64,000 nucleotides of DNA. Origin: Lepidodermella squamata. Taxonomy: Eukaryota > Animalia > Gastrotricha. The translations under genes and the position numbers were made by a program. A model generated the notes under the pieces. That model was not told where the DNA came from and made no database searches. It was given only the letters and a program-made list of their open reading frames with translations. Of the stretch, positions 47,082 through 59,684 are shown piece by piece (within the stretch, counting starts at the first letter, position 1; each line of letters opens with the position of its first letter). The stretch is taken from contig JBLDXI010000003.1 of the NCBI GenBank assembly GCA_047495785.1, positions 496,001 through 560,000 of the forward strand, in the 5' to 3' direction.

Positions 47082-47960
47082 ATGGCTGGAGTTAACTTCC
47101 GATTACTAGAGGCCTGCTACGAAGGGCGAATCGATCAAGTCGAAGCTCTTCTACTCTCTGGCGAGTGCGATGCCAACAACCCCGCTAGTGAATCGGACCT
47201 CGAAAGTTCTGGCGATGGTGTGACGCCTCTTATCATCGCTTGCGAGCAAAATAACTTGGAACTAGCCAAACTCCTCATCACAAAATTCAACGCCGACCCC
47301 AATCGAATTACTTCATCTCACAATGTTGCGTTACATTTCGCGATTGAACACAGTAATTATGAGATGATGAAAGTTTTGTGCGAAGCTGGGGCTAATGTGA
47401 ATCTAGGCGCTGAGCCGCCTTTGATGCTGCTTTGCTGGCAGGGTGGCACCCCGGAAATGATGGAATTGCTGCTGAAACATGGCGCTGATGTTAACAGCTC
47501 CAATTCCGTTGGTTGGTCGCCGATCAAAATCGTTCTATGGCACAATCAAATTCAGGAATTTCCACATTACCCATTCTACGATTTTTTCACACTCCTCAGT
47601 GATTTCGGAGCTACCACTCGGATTTCTACGGCTACAATTCGTGATATCGACATTTTAGAAGGCGCTGTTGTTAGGATCTGGAGTGATAAGGAGCAAATTA
47701 GCGATCGCGATTACAAGGCTTTGCTGGTTAATGCATACCAATTGATGTCTTTCAGCCCTGATTTGTGGGCAGATGAGCCGACGTCAGAAGCTTGCAAGTT
47801 GCTGCGTGAGTTACACCCACTTCGCCTCCAAGATATTGTGAGGATTGTTCTCCTGCGAAATCTGCCTGTGGGATATGAGAAAAGGCCGAGAGCTATCAAG
47901 GATCTGGGTGAAATACTACCGCCTAGTTTGCTCTACTTTCTATGCTTTTTGAAATCGTGA
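47082..47960 (+). CDS. Ankyrin repeat and SOCS-box (ASB-like) protein, intronless
   Basis: GVTPLIIACEQNN, VALHFAI, LLLKHGADVN; C-terminal PLRLQDIVRIV...LPPSLLYFL. Confidence 0.85.
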   Translation: MAGVNFRLLEACYEGRIDQVEALLLSGECDANNPASESDLESSGDGVTPLIIACEQNNLELAKLLITKFNADPNRITSSHNVALHFAIEHSNYEMMKVLCEAGANVNLGAEPPLMLLCWQGGTPEMMELLLKHGADVNSSNSVGWSPIKIVLWHNQIQEFPHYPFYDFFTLLSDFGATTRISTATIRDIDILEGAVVRIWSDKEQISDRDYKALLVNAYQLMSFSPDLWADEPTSEACKLLRELHPLRLQDIVRIVLLRNLPVGYEKRPRAIKDLGEILPPSLLYFLCFLKS

Positions 47961-49331
47961 TTCCAATTGATGAGTAAATAAATTGTGACGTCTCTTTCTC
48001 TGTTTAGTTCGCTTGACGATTTTCAGGGTCTCCTCCTCCGTGAAGAATGACTTTTCCCTTTTTAACAAGGAATCGCAGTACCTCCGAACCCCAGCAACGA
48101 TAGGGCGCTTGCTCGAGATTGGGAAACTCCTGGTTAATTTTGGTCGATAAAGTGTACAGTAAATGTTACAGTTTTTGCGCAGATTTTCTCCAACCCCCTC
48201 GGAAAAGTCATGGGAGTTTAAGAGTGTAGCCATATCCATCGTCGCTCATCGCTACAATTGTTGTCCAAGATTCTATCCTAGCTCCCAGCGTTACTCGTTA
48301 CTCACTCAATTTTCCAAGCGTTTGCAACTCTTTTTCTCAACTCCTACTGAAGTTTATGCTGACCAAGTAAACGGAGAATTGATGAATTGGAACACAGCGC
48401 TTTTATTCCCCGCAATGAATTCTCCACAAAAAGATAAAACATTTTTCCAGCAGTAACAAACAGTCACTGGTCTTCAGCAGGAAACTATTTACGACGATAA
48501 ATAATATTAAAATTCTTTTTTGAGAAGCATCCACATTGTGGGAAAGTGGACTCTCTCAAAAAGGATAGAGGTGAGATGGAAGTAAGAAGGAAGGGTAGTA
48601 ATAATCCTTCTGCACCAATCGCCGCAGTGTTTTCAGTGAAATTCAGGGTTTAAGAGGTTCGCAATTATTGAAAGACTAGTTAAATTAAATAGAGGAATGA
48701 GGGGGGTATCGTACCCCCAGTTCGGCAGCGCAAAGAGGAAAAACCCCCAAAAAACCACAGGGGGGACCTTTTGGCCGAAAATTGGGGCCCGAAAATACCC
48801 CCTAGTTCTAGGATCCCTTCGCACACTGGCAGGTCAAACCCCGGTCAACCGCGTCGGTACACCAAATGCCGGTGGGTGACGTGGATGTGGATTGGGTCGA
48901 CCAGTTGCAACCTCGGGGGCTCAACTGAAGGTTACACTATCGACTTTTACCCTTTCAATCTTCGATTGTTGCCAGCCTTCGGCGGAAAGATGTTGCCGGA
49001 AGATGAATAATTGCGCATTCCATGTGCCCAGGTCGAAGGTTCTGCTATTAGTAATGCTGATGTCGATGTATCAAGGTCAAAAAATGATACCAAGATATTT
49101 CACGTTTTTATAAATGTTAGCAAATGGGAAGCAAATAAAATGCATATCTTTTTTACCCTGCAGTTTATTAACAGAGCAGGCATTTTCACGAGGCGTTAAC
49201 AAGCGCCTGAGTATCTATAGGGAGGCGTGCAAAGATTGCCGTTTGAATTTTCCACTTGTTTCAAGCCAAGAAAAAATATACATTTTATCGGTTATCCTTT
49301 ATCAAAGTTTGAACAAGTAATATGCGCAACG

Positions 49332-50999
49332 TCACTTTAAAATATTCGGCAGCGGGCTAACAGTATTTGTTTGCTGAGCTATTTGCGCTGCAACAGACAG
49401 AAACCCTCTCCGGATGTGTAAAGTGAGGTCGTAGCATTTCGAAAACAACTCCATCTTGCGGCATGTCTCCTCCGCATCGCCTGTTGACTCAGATGACCAC
49501 AACATGAGCAGCGCCTGGTACATCTGCTTCTGTAAAGGAACAATCCGACCAGCTATCGATGCGTCATCAACTGAAAGAAACAATCGTGAAGCTTAAAGAA
49601 AACTTGAAGAAAGGTGGATGAATTACCATGAAAGAATAAGATTCCTAGAATGAGCGAACTCTCAATGAAGGAAGGATTCAATTGAGCGAGACAATCAGCC
49701 AACCGGCTACACGCGACGAAAGTTGACTAAAGGAGAAATTTAAGAAAAATCTGTCATTTTCCCTCCTAGAACGCACTGTTTCGAAACCTTGATTCTGATC
49801 TGAATGCTGAGCCTCTAAAACTTGTTTAAAATTTTTGTCGGTGATATATGTGAGGGAGAATCCTAGGGACATTGGACATTCATTTGAGTTTTGAGTAATT
49901 CAGAATCTAAATTCCAATACTGAAGGCATAGAAAGTGGGGTGCTCGAAATCTGCCTGAAATAAGCTAGGCGAATGGACGATTTGGGCCAGTTTTGGTACA
50001 GCCTTAAAGGTGATAGATACAGACAAACGGATTTCAAAATCGCGATCAGGGCCTTCGTAAACCCCTAGAAATGCCGTCAAATATTTTTCTTACTGCAGAT
50101 AAAAAATTCTTTAAGAAAAAGACAAAAGCTTACTTTCAGCATCGGGTAAGATTGAAGGGTTAGTGTCGAAAGCTCGTTAGACAGGCCGAGGGTTGAAGGA
50201 GGGCTCCCGTTAGGCAGGCTGTTGAAGAGAGCTGTCACGTGTATCACGCTTGTCGATCTAATCGCATCCAATTCTGCTTGCGAGAGACAAAGTCGCTCTA
50301 TTCCTATGCAAAACTAACACTTTGCGGGAAGGGTTTGATGACAGACATGGACATTCCAACCTTTGAAAAAAGTGCCATATTCTTCACATATCTTTGACTC
50401 GAATGCGAGTTGTTCGATGCCAAGTTTGATCACAGTTTCCATGTCATTGATATCAGAAGTAGGTCTTTTCAGCGGTACTGATTCAAGGCCGTGAAGAAGA
50501 GTAAACGCATTCGCTGTGCACAACATCATAGCTTCAGCGCTAGATCTGTGATTAGTCTGCGGGTTCGAGATAATTTCAGGAGAAGGCAGTCGGACGCTAC
50601 TACCATTGTTAGAATTCATCGCTAGAGAATCTTCATTCGACGTGCTCGGATTTGTTATCTTTTCGCCAGTTGGCTTTGTCATGTATTTACCTAAAATAAT
50701 GAGAAAATGATTGATAGAGGAGGCAGGGATTTATACTCACTTTGTAATCCAGCGGCCAAGCATTTGTCGAAACGGCATCTCTTACACATTTGTCCCTTCA
50801 AGTGACTGGCTAATTTGCAAGGTGAACGCTTTTCTTGGTGGCCTCCGTCGGCGTCTTGCAAACAGACTAGCACATGAGGTTTTTCGCAGTTGCGCCTGAA
50901 GAATTTCTGACACGCCTCGCATGTTGAAGGCTGGTAGTCTCTACGCCTAGGAACGATAGAGGTACAAACTCTACACAGCGCACCGTCGATAGGAGGCAT
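49332..50999 (-). CDS. Nuclear receptor A, duplicate
   Basis: ORF translations identical to 32526-34193. Confidence 0.88.
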
Positions 51000-53602
51000 T
51001 TATTCACGAGGTAAAAATGTGTTTCTAATGCAAGCATATGAGGCGCGACGCCCTGCAAAAAATCGATGAAACAAGAGTATTGATGAATGACATCTGAGCT
51101 GCCTCTAGTACGATGCCGCTAGGTCAACAGCAGAAAAAGTGGAAATAATCGTTTCGTATTAAGGCTGAAAATAGGAACGTCGTATTTGTTACGAATGTGC
51201 GTTATATCGTTAGCGGCGCGCCAAAACAACCACTTTACTATTTATAGATTTTAAATGGATAGTACGATCGAGAGTAGAAAAAAATCAGTGCTCAAATGGC
51301 CTATCGTACTTTATCATTACGTTCGGCGACTTCAAGTACGATCGAATGAATCATCTAAGTGGCTGTTTTGTCGCGCCGCTAACGATATATCATTATGAAC
51401 AGCCAGGGCAGCCAATGCATCATCTAATTATGCTTCAACCTGAGCTACCAGCTTAAAAAACTAATTAATTAATTAATTAATCAATTGTTTGAATCCAATT
51501 ACGATATTTCTAGCTAGTTGCATTTTCTCGACACATGTACGCTAATTTCAAATTGAATTCCAAAAACCCTACTTGGAAATCTTGTAAACAATTTGAAGTC
51601 GAATTTGATGAACTTTTCTTTGTTCGGGTAGCTGCTTCGTCGCCTCGCCTTGGAGTTTGACATTGTGGGGATTGTATTTCTTCTATGGGAAGGATATTTC
51701 TACGCTTTCACGCCAGAGCAGCTTCCTTGATTAGTTGAATATTGGATTGGTGTTCAGTCTACTTTCTGAGGGCAATGCAATGTAAAGGCCTTCCAAACCT
51801 CTGCTTGAAACTGGCCGGAATCATCTAGGTGTGACTCCAATGAAAGACAATCGGCTCTTTTGGCTGGTTAGTTAGTCGTCATAAAAATATTCTGTGCAGT
51901 CCAAATAGTTTGTCAAACATCTACCGTAAAAAGTGGATTAGCAACTGTTGCTGGTGAAAACATCACCGTTTACCTCACGGGCACAGAATTAATCAGATTA
52001 TCTCGGTTTCTTAAGTGAAAATGATAGCAATAACCCCATATTATACGAATGCAAAAGGATTCGCTGTTCGCTAACCAAAAAGTCGCTGTTAACAAATTAT
52101 TCATGACTTTCAGAGAAAGCAGTAATCGACATCAAGCACAACCGTGTCTCTTGTGTTCTTTCTCCTTAGAACCACTCACCGGCTTGAAATTCTAATTTGA
52201 TAAACTTGTAGGTGACTTGTAGAACTTGTAGAAAACCTGGAATATGGGCTTGTTTACATCCATCCCTCGGGGCTAATAGTAAATGGACTCGAAACTTCCT
52301 ATCTTCTTCTTGCAAAATTCTTCGGATTGCAAAAAACTGCTTATTGATCGCGCGATTTCGCGGTGACTGCAAAAAATGGCCGATTAATAATTATTTCAAA
52401 TAAAAAAGCAGCATCTAGCCATTACGCGCAGTAATTTTATTCGTGTCCCTTTTGCTCCTCAGTTTTACGAAATTTCTCATGTTTGAAGACATTTTTTCAA
52501 CATATTTTGGAAAGCTTGGTTAATAACGACTGAACGACTGTAAACACTTTTAAACACTTGAAGTCATGTTTAAAAACAGGCTTCTCTGCATTTTGAATGG
52601 CTTTAATTCACCGGTTTATGATTCATCCGCTATCGTCACCCTCCCCTAAACCTTTGTGGTAAAACGGTTCCTCTTGTTGTGCGAATATTACCATCACAAG
52701 CCAACAATGAACCAGCGGAGGAGGAAAAATAAAACTTTTCATTGTTTCATTGTTTCATCCGCTATACTAGGCTTCACGCTGTCTTTACTACCTATTAGTT
52801 TATTTTAATTTTTTCCATGTAAATCATGGGATTTCTCCTCGTTGAATGCTGTTCACGTTAATTTTTACCAGCCGTGTTTAGTTTTTTTATTCAGCTTTCG
52901 AATTGTTTGCATATATTTTTTGCTTCATAATGGGCGATGGCTACGTTGTGCTTGCTAAAAAATAGAGCAGCTTCATTCATTTTTTTGCGAGCAAAAAATC
53001 ACTTTGATAGCGTAATTTTTTGCAATCCGAACAATTTTTATGAGTGTCGAGTCCCAAGTCCATTTCCAGGTGATAGATGACAAGTAAAAGCAGCTTTTGA
53101 CGTGACTGTAGAGACAGAAGCATAGGACTTGTTACTTGTCACCCGGCACCTTGAAATGTATGCAAACAAGGTCAAATCCGAGCATTTCAACGAGGCCAAC
53201 GATATGTCCACCAGACGTTTCAAGAAAATTGGAGGCGTGGTAATTTGGGATAAATTGGGTTAAAATCTCCACCTGGAATGACTTGTCAGTTCCGCTCAGT
53301 TTGCTGTTATTATGAGGGATACAGTGGAATCATTACCGAATTATTGAATTCATTACCAAACATAATTGAGTTCCAAATCTCAAATTTTAAGACGCAGCCT
53401 TCAACTATAACCATAACCAGTTAAATTACGAATAATTTGGTTAGGTATTGAATTAAATGAAATTGGGTACTGGCGTATTGTACTGTATTCTCATTAATCA
53501 TTTCAGGAAACGAAAAAATGCTATGTGTATGTGGTGTGTAAAATCTCTCTTTTTCTCCCATGTGATCTTCAAACTTGTTATTAAATTTTAGATAATGATA
53601 TA

Positions 53603-55204
53603 ATGAAAATTCCAAAACAGATATATTCGAATACAGCAGCTATCGCGGCTGTATGCTTATTAATTATGGAGGCCTCCCTGTTATTCACCAGCACAGAAGT
53701 ATTCCGGTTATTGCCGTTGTCAAGCAGCCTACCCTCTGCCACAGCCAAATGCCTTGCGAGCATCGTCGAATCGCCTTTCCGCTCGGCTTACAGCCAATTT
53801 TATGCCACTTCTTCCTCGATTATTCGCTTCAGTGATGTCAGCAACTTGCAACGAGCTTTCGTGCGACTGTTCAACAGCACATCGCATCGGAAATTGCGAC
53901 TGGTAATCGTCGGTGAATCTTCGTCTGTTCCGCATCCCACTTCTATAGTGAGTTGAAACTTGGGTTTTTATTTTGTATCGGATGACAAGTGTGGCTTTTC
54001 ATGATAGGAATCTGCTTTTCTCATGCTGTGCGATTGGTTGAACACCACACTATCGAAAAATGGACGCGAAGCTGAGTGTGAAAATTGGGCAGTTGGTGCA
54101 ACCCCCAGGTTACTTCTAGTTCGACTCAGCTTATAGGTTCAGTTTTAAGCACATAAATTGCAGCCTCTTCTACGCATACTGCCATGCCGCAATGTTCGAC
54201 GTTCGAAATTTTGACATTGTCCTAATTCAAGAATCTTGGAATTGGGAGCAGCACTATACGAATCCGAACGAAAGTCACCTTGGCATTCTAATAGACTCGC
54301 TACGCCGCGCCAACCCAGCGATTCAAGTCATCGTTTTTGATTTCCCAGATACGCGTTTGATTAGTGATCCAATTCCAGAATCTGCAAACTACGTCACGAA
54401 TGCAGCTGTTGCCGCAGAGTATGATGTGCCCTTGATCGGTGGAATAGGCTTACTATCGAATGCTGCGAACTGGTCACAAGAAGTTGCCATGCATCAGGCA
54501 GATTTCATCGGTAATTTAAATCTATAGAATTCCAAGTAAATTGTCTCTTGAATTTCGCAGGTTACTACCTCTCAGCAGATGCTTTCCACCCCGGGAACCG
54601 AACTCATTCTGTTATGGCAGAGTACTTGGTCAATTTCTTCAAGCAATCTCTCATCCAATTACTCGAATTGAATGAACTTCCGACTTTGAGCCAGCCAATC
54701 ATTAGGACAAACTATCTTTCCGACTGCTTTCTGACTTACGCAAGTCACGAAGGCCGCGACAGCAGGAGCTTGGGGCAGAATGCTTCACTCCGTTATGATT
54801 GGCTGTCCTATCAATCTTTGTCGCCCGGGGAACAACTGAAGATTTCGCTGTCGAATTTCACCCGTCCAATCTTTGATTGTTGCCAGCATTCGGCAAATAA
54901 ATGTTGCTATCTACCTAGATTCGCTATTTCACATCGCTCCCATTCGAATCAAGGCTCTTCTGTTGTTGTGATTGCTGCGAGGATTTCCTTGGCAAACGGT
55001 TCAGCTTTCTCGAGGAATTATACTATTTCTGCTCAAGGCACAAATCACTTTGTATCTGCGCCGCCTGAAGATGAATATTTGAGAGTTCCGTGTGCCCAGG
55101 TGGAAGGTTCTGCCATTAGGATGGCTGATGTCGATGTGTCGAGCTCGAAAAATGATACCACGACATTTCAAGTTTTCAGCCTGATTGCGCTTTATAAATG
55201 TTGA
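53603..55204 (+). CDS. SGNH hydrolase, duplicate
   Basis: ORF translations identical to 36797-38398. Confidence 0.8.
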
Positions 55205-55535
55205 CGAAAGTGACAAATAAAACACAGCTTTTTTAAGCGCCGCCGTTATTGGGAATTGAGGACAAACTAGCACACTAAAAGTTATCCCGCTTCATTTTTG
55301 AAAATGTAGACATTTGATTGAATTTGATTGAATACTTGGCCCTAGGCCATACTTTTTTAGGGTATCGAAACCCTGAATTTCATGCTCCACCTTTAGGAAA
55401 TTTCTTTCTCAACTAAATTACCCCGAATGACGAGGTTCAGGTTTCAGGTGGAAACTTTCCGCTCATCTAGCCCAAATGGCAGACAAATAAACCTTTCATT
55501 TTTTAATAAAGCTTGACCAACTTGGTAGCACAATG

Positions 55536-57292
55536 TCACTTTAAAGGTAAAATATTCGACAACGGGCTGAACGCATTTGTTTGCTGAGATAATTCTGCTG
55601 CCACTGACAGAAACCCTCTCCGAATTTGTATAGTGAGGTCGTAGCATTTCGAAAACAATTCCATCTTCCGGCAGGTCTCCTCCGCATCGCCTGTCGACCC
55701 AGAGGACCATAGCATGAGCAGCGCCTGGCACATCTGCTTCTGTAAACGAACAATTCGACCAGCTATCGCTGATTCATCAACTAGAAGAAACAATCTGAAG
55801 CTTATATAGAGAACTCGAATTAAGTCGAGGAATTACCATGAAAATATAAGATTCCCAGAATGAGCGAGCTCTCAATGAAGGACGGATTCATTTGAGCGAG
55901 ACAATCCGCCAACCGGCTACATGCGTCAAAGGTTGACTGAAGGAGAAACATATTTACACAAATCGTCGCTGTTCTTCTCTTCATAGAACGCGCTATTAAA
56001 GCTATTAAAACAAGGAGCAGGAATTGAAAAACCCCATTACTTCAACATTCCCTCATGCGAAGAATATCTACTGCCAAAATGGTTATAATGGCCATAACTG
56101 ACGTCTGACGTCACACCTCATCGATACATTTTGTGCAAAATTGGCCCATGCAAACCATATGATTGACCTAACCATCACAATTCATCCATTTTTGAGAATA
56201 ATTATAATAAAAGTTCGGAGTTCCCAACATTGGGATAAGGCCTTATAGACATCAAGGGGGTAGTAAACTTATACGGGATTTCTTTAACAACACAGGCTAC
56301 CGTTCTACAAGACCGTTCAGGTCTTTAGGAAAACGAAATCGGCTTATACGGGATTTCTTTAACAACACAGGCTACCGGCTACAAGACCGTTCAGGTCTTT
56401 AGGAAAACGAAATCGGCTTACTTTTAACATCGGTAGAGATTGAAGTGTAAGTGTCGAAAGCTCATTAGACATGCCGAGTGTTGAAGGAGGACTCCCGTTT
56501 GGCAGGCTATTGAAGAGCGCCTTCACATGAACTACGCTTGTCGATCTGATTGCGTCTAATTCTTCTTGCGTTAGACATAGTGGCTCTATTCCTATATAGA
56601 AAACAACACTTTGCCGGGAAGATTTTACCATTACAATTTCAACCTTTGAAAAATTTGCCGTATTCTTCACATATCGATGACTCGAATACCATTTGTTCAA
56701 GGCCCAGCTTAATCAAAGTTTCAATGTCATTGATAACCGCAGTGGGTCTTTTCAGCGGTACCGATTCAAGACCGTGAAGAAGCGTGAAAGCATTCGCTGC
56801 CAACAACATCGTATTTTCAGCTCTAGATCCTCGGTTAGTTTGAGGGTTCGAGGTTATTTCAGGATATGAAAGTCGAACCCCACTACCATCATTCGAATTC
56901 GTCGTTAGAGAATCAGAGGTCGACGTGCTTAACTTCCTTTTCTTTTTGCCATGTTCTTTCGTCATGAATTTACCTAAAACATTGAGAAAATGATCGATTG
57001 GGGGAGAATAGGATTTCGGCTTACTTTGCATTCCAACAGCCAAGCATTTTTCGTAACGGCATCGTCTACACATTTGGCCTTTTAGATTACTGGCTAATCT
57101 GCAAGGCGAGCGCTTTTGCAGGTTGCATCCATTGGCGTCTCCTTGATTATGTTCACAGACTAGCACATGAGGTTTGTCGCAGTGGCGCCTGAAGAATTTC
57201 TGACATGCCTCGCATGTTGAAGGCTGGTAGTCTCTACGCCTAGGAACGACAGAAGTACAAATTCTACACAGAGCAGCGGTGACAGGGGGCAT
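55536..57292 (-). CDS. Nuclear receptor B, duplicate
   Basis: ORF translations identical to 38730-40484. Confidence 0.88.
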
Positions 57293-57998
57293 TTTTTACT
57301 CAAAACAAAAAAGGTGTTTATAATACAAGCATAAATGCAGCACTGTGGCGTGCGAGACCCTGCAAAAAATCGATTTAGCACGAGTACAATTATTAATGAA
57401 TTACATATAGTAAGTTGTAGGTTGACACTAGGTCATAAACAGAAAAAGGAGTATCATATCATATTACAATTGGAACAACGCGAATGTCATTTTTCAGTTA
57501 CTTCAACGATCAACTTTATAAGAAACGGAAATTTTTATACTAAGCTCACTTTATACTAATCATGACTTCCAAGTCGAGCACTCAACTATGGGATATTGTT
57601 GTTGAGTACAAGAAAAGTGGGCCTTTAACCTTTAAATTCGGCTTAAATCGCAAGGTAATCAGAGCGATGACCTAATTTAAAAAATGCACGCGTTTCCTTT
57701 TGCAATTTCTATGCCCAAATGAATGCATTGGATTATTAAATTGTAAGTAATTATAACCTGAGCCGTACTCTCCCTTCCTTACTATAAACTCTGTCGAGAT
57801 AAGGCCGACTCAGCCTTCTTCTAAGCTTCGCTGTTCGACGTCTACTTCGGCGGCTAATTCCATCGGTTCTTGGGGTCAAGAATCAACTTCATCTCGAAAA
57901 TAATGACCCGGTATGGTGGGATATCTTAATTTGCCTGAGCATAACAGTTGAATGGTATTCTAAGAAAAAGCAGTAGTTTGGCGGTTAAGTTTTATTAG

Positions 57999-59684
57999 TC
58001 ACTTTAATTTTAAAATGTTTGACAGCGAGCTGAACTCTTTTGTTTGTTGAGATACTTCAGCAGACACGGACAGAAACTCTCTTCGGATAAGTAGAGTGAG
58101 GTCGTAGCATTTCGAAAAAAGTTCCATTTTTCGACACATCTCTTCCGCATCGCCTGCTGACCCAGAGGACCATAACATGAGCAGCGCCTGGCACATTTGC
58201 TTCTGCAAACGATCCATCCGCCCAGCTATCGATGAATCATCAACTGAAATGAAAAAGTCTGGAAGCTTAAAGAGAACTTGAATGAAATCGGAAGAATTAC
58301 CATGAAAAAATAGGATTCCTAGAATGAGCGAGCTCTCGATGAAGGAAGGATTCAATTGAGCGAGACAGTCAGCCAACCGACCACAGGCGAGGAACGTTGG
58401 CTGGATAACAATACCATATAATGTTGAATCAAGCCCAAGTTGGACAAAATCTTCGTATTGTTATGTTCACTATTGACACACTCTCTAAGACCCTCATATG
58501 GGGTAGAAAATTTGGCAATCGTTTTTCCACACCACGCAATTCATAGTATTTACTGAGCTGATTGAATAAACATCTGCAAAAAACTGTGGGGCTCGGAATT
58601 TAGCAGTTAGTTTCTTGGAGAAAATATCGGGAATTAGGAATTCGAAATTCAAATACCGTTTTGCATCTTATCACCCCATGGAACACTGGATTTTCATTCA
58701 ATTCGAAGGCGGGCCTACTAGACTTCCTTTAGGTACTTATTTGCAGGATTTTTGCATAGTGCACAACTGCCGTGAGGTCTTGAAAAGGGCATCGAAGAAA
58801 AATGAAATAGCTTACTTTGAACATTGGGTAAGCCTGGAGTGCAAACTTCACAAGTTCGTTACACATGCCGAGGGTTGAAGGAGGACTCCCGTTTGGCAGG
58901 CTGTGAAAGAGCGCTTTCACATGGATTACGCTTGTCGATCTGATCGCATCCAGGTCTTCTTGTTTAAGGAAGCATGGATCTATTCCTTGAATGCGAAACC
59001 ACCTCTTTGTAAAGAATTTGATCGCAAGCTATGATATAACAACCTTTGAAAAATGTGCCGTATTCTTCACATATCATCAACTCGAATGCCATTTGTTCAA
59101 GGCCCAGCTTGATCATTGCTTCGATGTCATTGATATATGATTCAGTGGGTCTTTTCAGCGGTACTGATTCAAGGCCGTGTAGAAGCGTGAAGGCATTCGC
59201 TGTACAGAACATCATAGCTTCAGCTCTTGATCCTTGATTAGTTTGCGGGTTTGAGATTATTGCAGGTGACAGTTGAACGTCACTATCATCAACGGACGTC
59301 GTCGATATGGAATCATCATGCGACGTGCTTAGGTTCCTTTGCTTCTCGCCAGGTTTTTTTGTCATGAATTTACCTTGAAAAAATAGGTAAACAATTGATT
59401 TAGGAGAAGAAGAGATTTAGCTTACTTTGCAATCCAACAGCCAAGCATTTTTCGTAACGGCATCGCTTACACATTAGGCCCTTTAGATCGCTGGCTAATT
59501 TGCAAGGCGAACGCTTGTTTTCGCCCTCCTTGTCTCTATCTTTGGCACATACTAGCTCATTAGGCTTTTCGCAGTTGCGCCTAAAGAACTTTTGGCACGC
59601 CTCGCATGTTGATGGCTGGTAGTCTTTGCGTCTAGGAACTACAGAAGTACAAACTTTACACAGAGCAGTGTTGACAGGAGGCAT
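57999..59684 (-). CDS. Nuclear receptor C, duplicate
   Basis: ORF translations identical to 41191-42876. Confidence 0.88.

Larger units (their letters stand above)
31734..48539. repeat. 16,806-bp tandem duplication unit, copy 1
   Basis: Sequence from GGGAAAGTGGACTC at 31734 recurs at 48540. ORFs recur with offsets of 16806 and then 16808. Confidence 0.97.

Noticed and set aside
47940-48456. ORFs 47940-48239 (-) and 48163-48456 (+)
   Set aside because: No recognisable domain or splice-consistent model.
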